Source: Anthoceros angustus (taxonomy: Eukaryota > Plantae > Anthocerotophyta). Taken from it: a stretch of DNA of 64,000 bases. This document shows positions 60,701 to 64,000 of this stretch, in pieces. Every line of letters begins with the position of its first letter. Position 1 is the stretch's first letter. The position numbers and the translations under genes were made by a program. The DNA is taken from assembly GCA_010909165.1 (NCBI GenBank), contig MU008159.1, positions 1,922,001-1,986,000 of the forward strand, written 5' to 3'. The notes beneath the pieces are model-generated. The model did not search any database, was not told the DNA's origin, and saw nothing but the letters and a program-made list of their open reading frames with translations.

Positions 60701-62540
60701 CTGTCGAAGTGGAGAGGGGCAAGGCGCAGGCTCGGGTCGGAGGTTGTGTGAAGGAGAGGGAGGAATGATGGTTGCTATCCAAGGCAGGGGATGATCCGTA
60801 GGTGATCATTCTGGCTCGCAAAAGTGGTGGAGGTGGACTCACGTCATGGGTCCTTTTCACGAGATAGTTCATTGGTGGCGGACGGAGAACAAACCATGCA
60901 TTAGGGAAGGTACATGGAGGAGTTTGTGATATGAAAAGCGCCCACCGTGTCGTGGGAAAAAGTGCGGTCAAAGAATGGAGGCGAGGGCGTCGAGAAGACA
61001 AAAGCCTCAACTTCCTGCAGACAAATGTGCCTTTGGCCTATGATTTCACAGTGACAAGGAACAAGACGCTGCGGAGACGATATCAAGGATAAAGACTAAA
61101 GTCTTTGAGTTGCGTTCAGAGCCGGCCGATGAGCCGGCGAGGCTTCCGCCAATGGGATTACGAATGTCATGCCCGAAGACATGATTGACTCTAAGACCTC
61201 GGTTAAATGTGGAATCAACGGATGAGTCCGCACGTGGTGGACCAACCGGATGGTCCGGACTGAGAGGAGCTTCACAAAGTAGGCCACCTAATATTGTCAA
61301 CTTCCCACCCTACTAGAAATGGGCACTTATGTTACACTTTATGTTAAGATTTTGACCTTATCCGGGTCGACCTCTATCTGCAATCACGGTGCCCCAACAA
61401 AATACCCTCGGCATGCGAAATAACATTTCGGGATGTAGACACAATTGGGTCTGACACCGTTCGGACATTTGCGAAGGTGGTTGAGGTGATCTTTGTTGCT
61501 CCAAACACGAAGTCATCCAGAAGACCTCCATGAAGTCCCTAAGGTATTCCTTGAAAATCTTGACAAGCATGAAGGATCACGGTGCCCTGTTAATCCGAGC
61601 ACGCTCGTTTGTAGGCATAGGTTCCCGATCATAGTGAAGGGCATGGTGGCCAATCACTCTCCACGAGATCGGTGATTATACCCGAATACCCATCCGAGAG
61701 CAGGTAGACCATTCTCCCTGCAACTAAGTCCGATTATGTTGTCTATGAATGGAAGCGGGTAATGGTCTTTTTGGTCACCTTGTTTAACTTCCTCCAATCT
61801 GCGGACCGTATCTTCCCTTCGCTTTTGGGAACCACCACAATTGGGGCTACCCACTCCGATGTCACAATAGGATATATGACGTCCGCATAAGTAAAGCTCC
61901 CTTTTACCTTGAATACTTTGGATTTAGCTTGTATTGCGGTATCCGGGCCCGGCACGGCTCGAGATCAATCTTGTGCTCCCCACTCCTCGGTATACCCTTC
62001 ATGTATAGTAACGTCAAAAGCAAAACGTGGATAAATTCCATGTGTTTCATACCCTTTCCAAGTGCATTCATCCTTCGAAAACTTAAGGACCTTGCCGGGC
62101 AACACTTCCACGTCCTTGACCTCATCCGTCATGCCACTCTCTTTCCACCGGCGGATGTGATGCGAACCCTTCCTCCGTCTTGGTTCTCCTTCCGCATTCC
62201 CCATTCCGGAATAGGTCGTCGAGGTAAAGCGTGAGACACCCTCCTCGCACCCTCCGAAGTTTGTCCGGATCGTCGCTCTCACCACCTCTACTTCTGTTCC
62301 TCGACCTCTGGCCTTCTGGTCCGATCCTCCTCCCCATTGTCAATTGTGACTCCATAGCACCCTAATAGGTTGATGGAATGGGAATATCTCTCCGTGTCGT
62401 CCTCTTCATCGACCACGAAATATGCGAATTTCTCCTTCTCATCCTCTCCCAGGTATCTTGAGTGTATCCCTCCGTTTCGTGGGTGTCTCCCTGCGTCGTA
62501 TCTCTGCTCCAAGTCAAACATATCCTTCCCCTCCTTAATT
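54750..62540 (-). mobile_element. Ty3/gypsy LTR-retrotransposon pol, fragmented and multiply duplicated; no chromodomain recognised
   Basis: RT (61350-62030; partial 60110-60600, 59330-59570): EHKIDLEP, YPIVTSEWVAPIVVVPK, DWRKLNKVTKKDHYPLPFID, FMEVF(L)DDF. RNase H (59760-60060, 58830-59230, 56790-57190): FHVFVDAFAYAIGTILSQ, EREALG, LLSHEFAFHVDH. Integrase (54750-55650, 56050-56480, 57700-58800): GGHFAH, PFEKWGIDFVGPI, YNPKANGLTEKANG. Order RT-RH-INT. Confidence 0.9.
61308..61355. mobile_element. Isolated CACTA-like terminus fused to gypsy RT
   Basis: ccctactagaaatgggcacttatgttacactttatgttaagat, then joins RT sequence at gattttgacc. Confidence 0.65.
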
Positions 62541-64000
62541 TTGGGGTCATGTAACACTTTTGGGCCCCTTGTTACACTTTGGCTTGGAAACTATACCATG
62601 GCTGTTGTTGCAATCATGTTGCAATGGTGTTGCAATTATGTTAAGATGAAGTGAGAGGTGGTTTTGCCTCTCTCAAAATTGCAACATGATTGCAACATCT
62701 AAAGTGTTACAAGAGAGGTCTTGTAACACTTTTGGAGGCTTGATACCCAACCTCCTCCCCATCCACCATTGCCCTTTTACTTTTGCCCTTTAAATACCAC
62801 GCTTTACTTGGTATTTACCATAATCGCCCTCAATACGACCATATAGATATGCACGTATCAATACATCCATGTACTATATGGATGTAATCTACATGATAAA
62901 TGTACTATATTATTCTAAGTGCTATCACGGACGTATTCAATTTCATATAAAATAAGTTTGTATATTACGTATTACATCGTATACATATTCATGATACGAT
63001 ACTTTGTATTTACTATACGTGTAAATAGCGGCCCTTTATACCCCTACTTTATAGCATGCCCAAGGCATGGCGTTGTCACTTCACCAGCCGTACCAGCCGT
63101 GGCCGTGGCTTCATAAGCCATGGCGCCCAAGAAGATGGTCCCACCTATCACCTTCCGTATCGTGACGCATCACTGATGAGAGTTGATGCAGCTCACAAGA
63201 TAATGCATGCCATGGAGGAGATTTGGTATCGCAGCGCTTGTATTTTTACGCCTCCATGTAAGGCACTTCCCACTACTGGTCGATCGTGATGCACCTCCCC
63301 GAAACTTCCGCCCCTCCGTTGGATTAGCAATTTTCTTCTTCCTCTCACTTGCGTTCGGTTGAGGCAAGCTTTGCCATACCATTTCCACCTGGCCTCACAT
63401 ACTGCTCAGGGCACCGTTGCACATACAGACATACAACCATGGCCATCATGAGTTATTCAGTCATGCTATTTGGCCCTACTAGAAATGGGCACCCTATGTT
63501 ACACTTTATGTTAAGATTTGGACCCTGGATGTAACACTCATGTTACAATTTTGGGGTCATGTAACACTTTTGGGCCCCTTGTTACACTTTGGCTTGGAAA
63601 CCATACATTGTTGCAATCATGTTGCAATGGTGTTGCAATTATGTTAAGATGAAGTGAGAGGTGGTTTTGCCCTCTCTCAAAATTGCAACATGATTGCAAC
63701 ATCTAAAGTGTTACAAGAGAGGTCTTGTAACACTTTTGGAGGCTTGTGCAGAACCTCCTCCCCATCCACCATTGCCCTTTTACTTTTGCCCTTTGAAATA
63801 CCACGTTTTACTTGGTAGTTACCAAATGCCCTTCAATACGACCATATACAAATACGTATCAATACATCCTTGTACTATGCATGTAGTCTACGGTGATAAA
63901 TGTAATGTATTATTCTAAGTGCTATACGTATTCAATTTCATATAAAATAAGTTTGTATATTACGTATTACATCGTCTACTGATATACATATTCATGATAC
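62538..64000. mobile_element. Two further copies of the CACTA-like terminal region (62538-63455 lacking the extreme end; 63474-64000 with CCCTACTAGAAA)
   Basis: Homologous to 41180-42090 with the same subterminal TGTTRCA array. Confidence 0.75.

Noticed and set aside
27766-62540. DIRS/Ngaro-type YR retrotransposon (YR plus RT in one window)
   Set aside because: The YR has many introns and lies ~25 kb from the pol region, which is gypsy-type with its own DDE integrase; unrelated elements lie between them.

Overview
Land-plant nuclear DNA, probably a seed-free plant given several 44-90 nt introns (inference only). The first ~8.5 kb is clean, gene-like sequence. It holds the acidic C-terminus of a nuclear protein (3-215), an intact intronless secreted LRR gene (1546-2751, -), a possible two-exon secreted peptide precursor (5044-5918) and a decayed LRR remnant. 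From ~8.9 kb onward the window is a dense transposon block with many local duplications. The main finding is missed by the ORF track because of introns and indels: two copies (11955->~9050 on -, 27766->~30133 on +) of a spliced tyrosine-recombinase (YR) gene of the Crypton/DUF3504 type. Manual splicing recovers every catalytic motif (RFGVRGGEE, SKN, WY..., YYTNKSCR, GHK, SR/YDR). The YR appears to lie in a large bipartite element, with a divergent promoter pair (telo-box + TATA), a long T-rich leader and a second multi-exon gene of unknown function. A third partial, diverged copy lies at ~31.5-35.3 kb. Further right are a GC-rich repeat and an unknown duplicated unit, an EnSpm/CACTA-like element with CCCTACTAGAAA termini and a TnpA-like ORF, nested inverted repeats, and a scrambled Ty3/gypsy pol region. 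Differences between repeat copies cluster at CAG/CTG sites, and duplication junctions sit at microhomologies. Many frameshifts and some duplications may therefore be long-read or assembly artefacts rather than biology.
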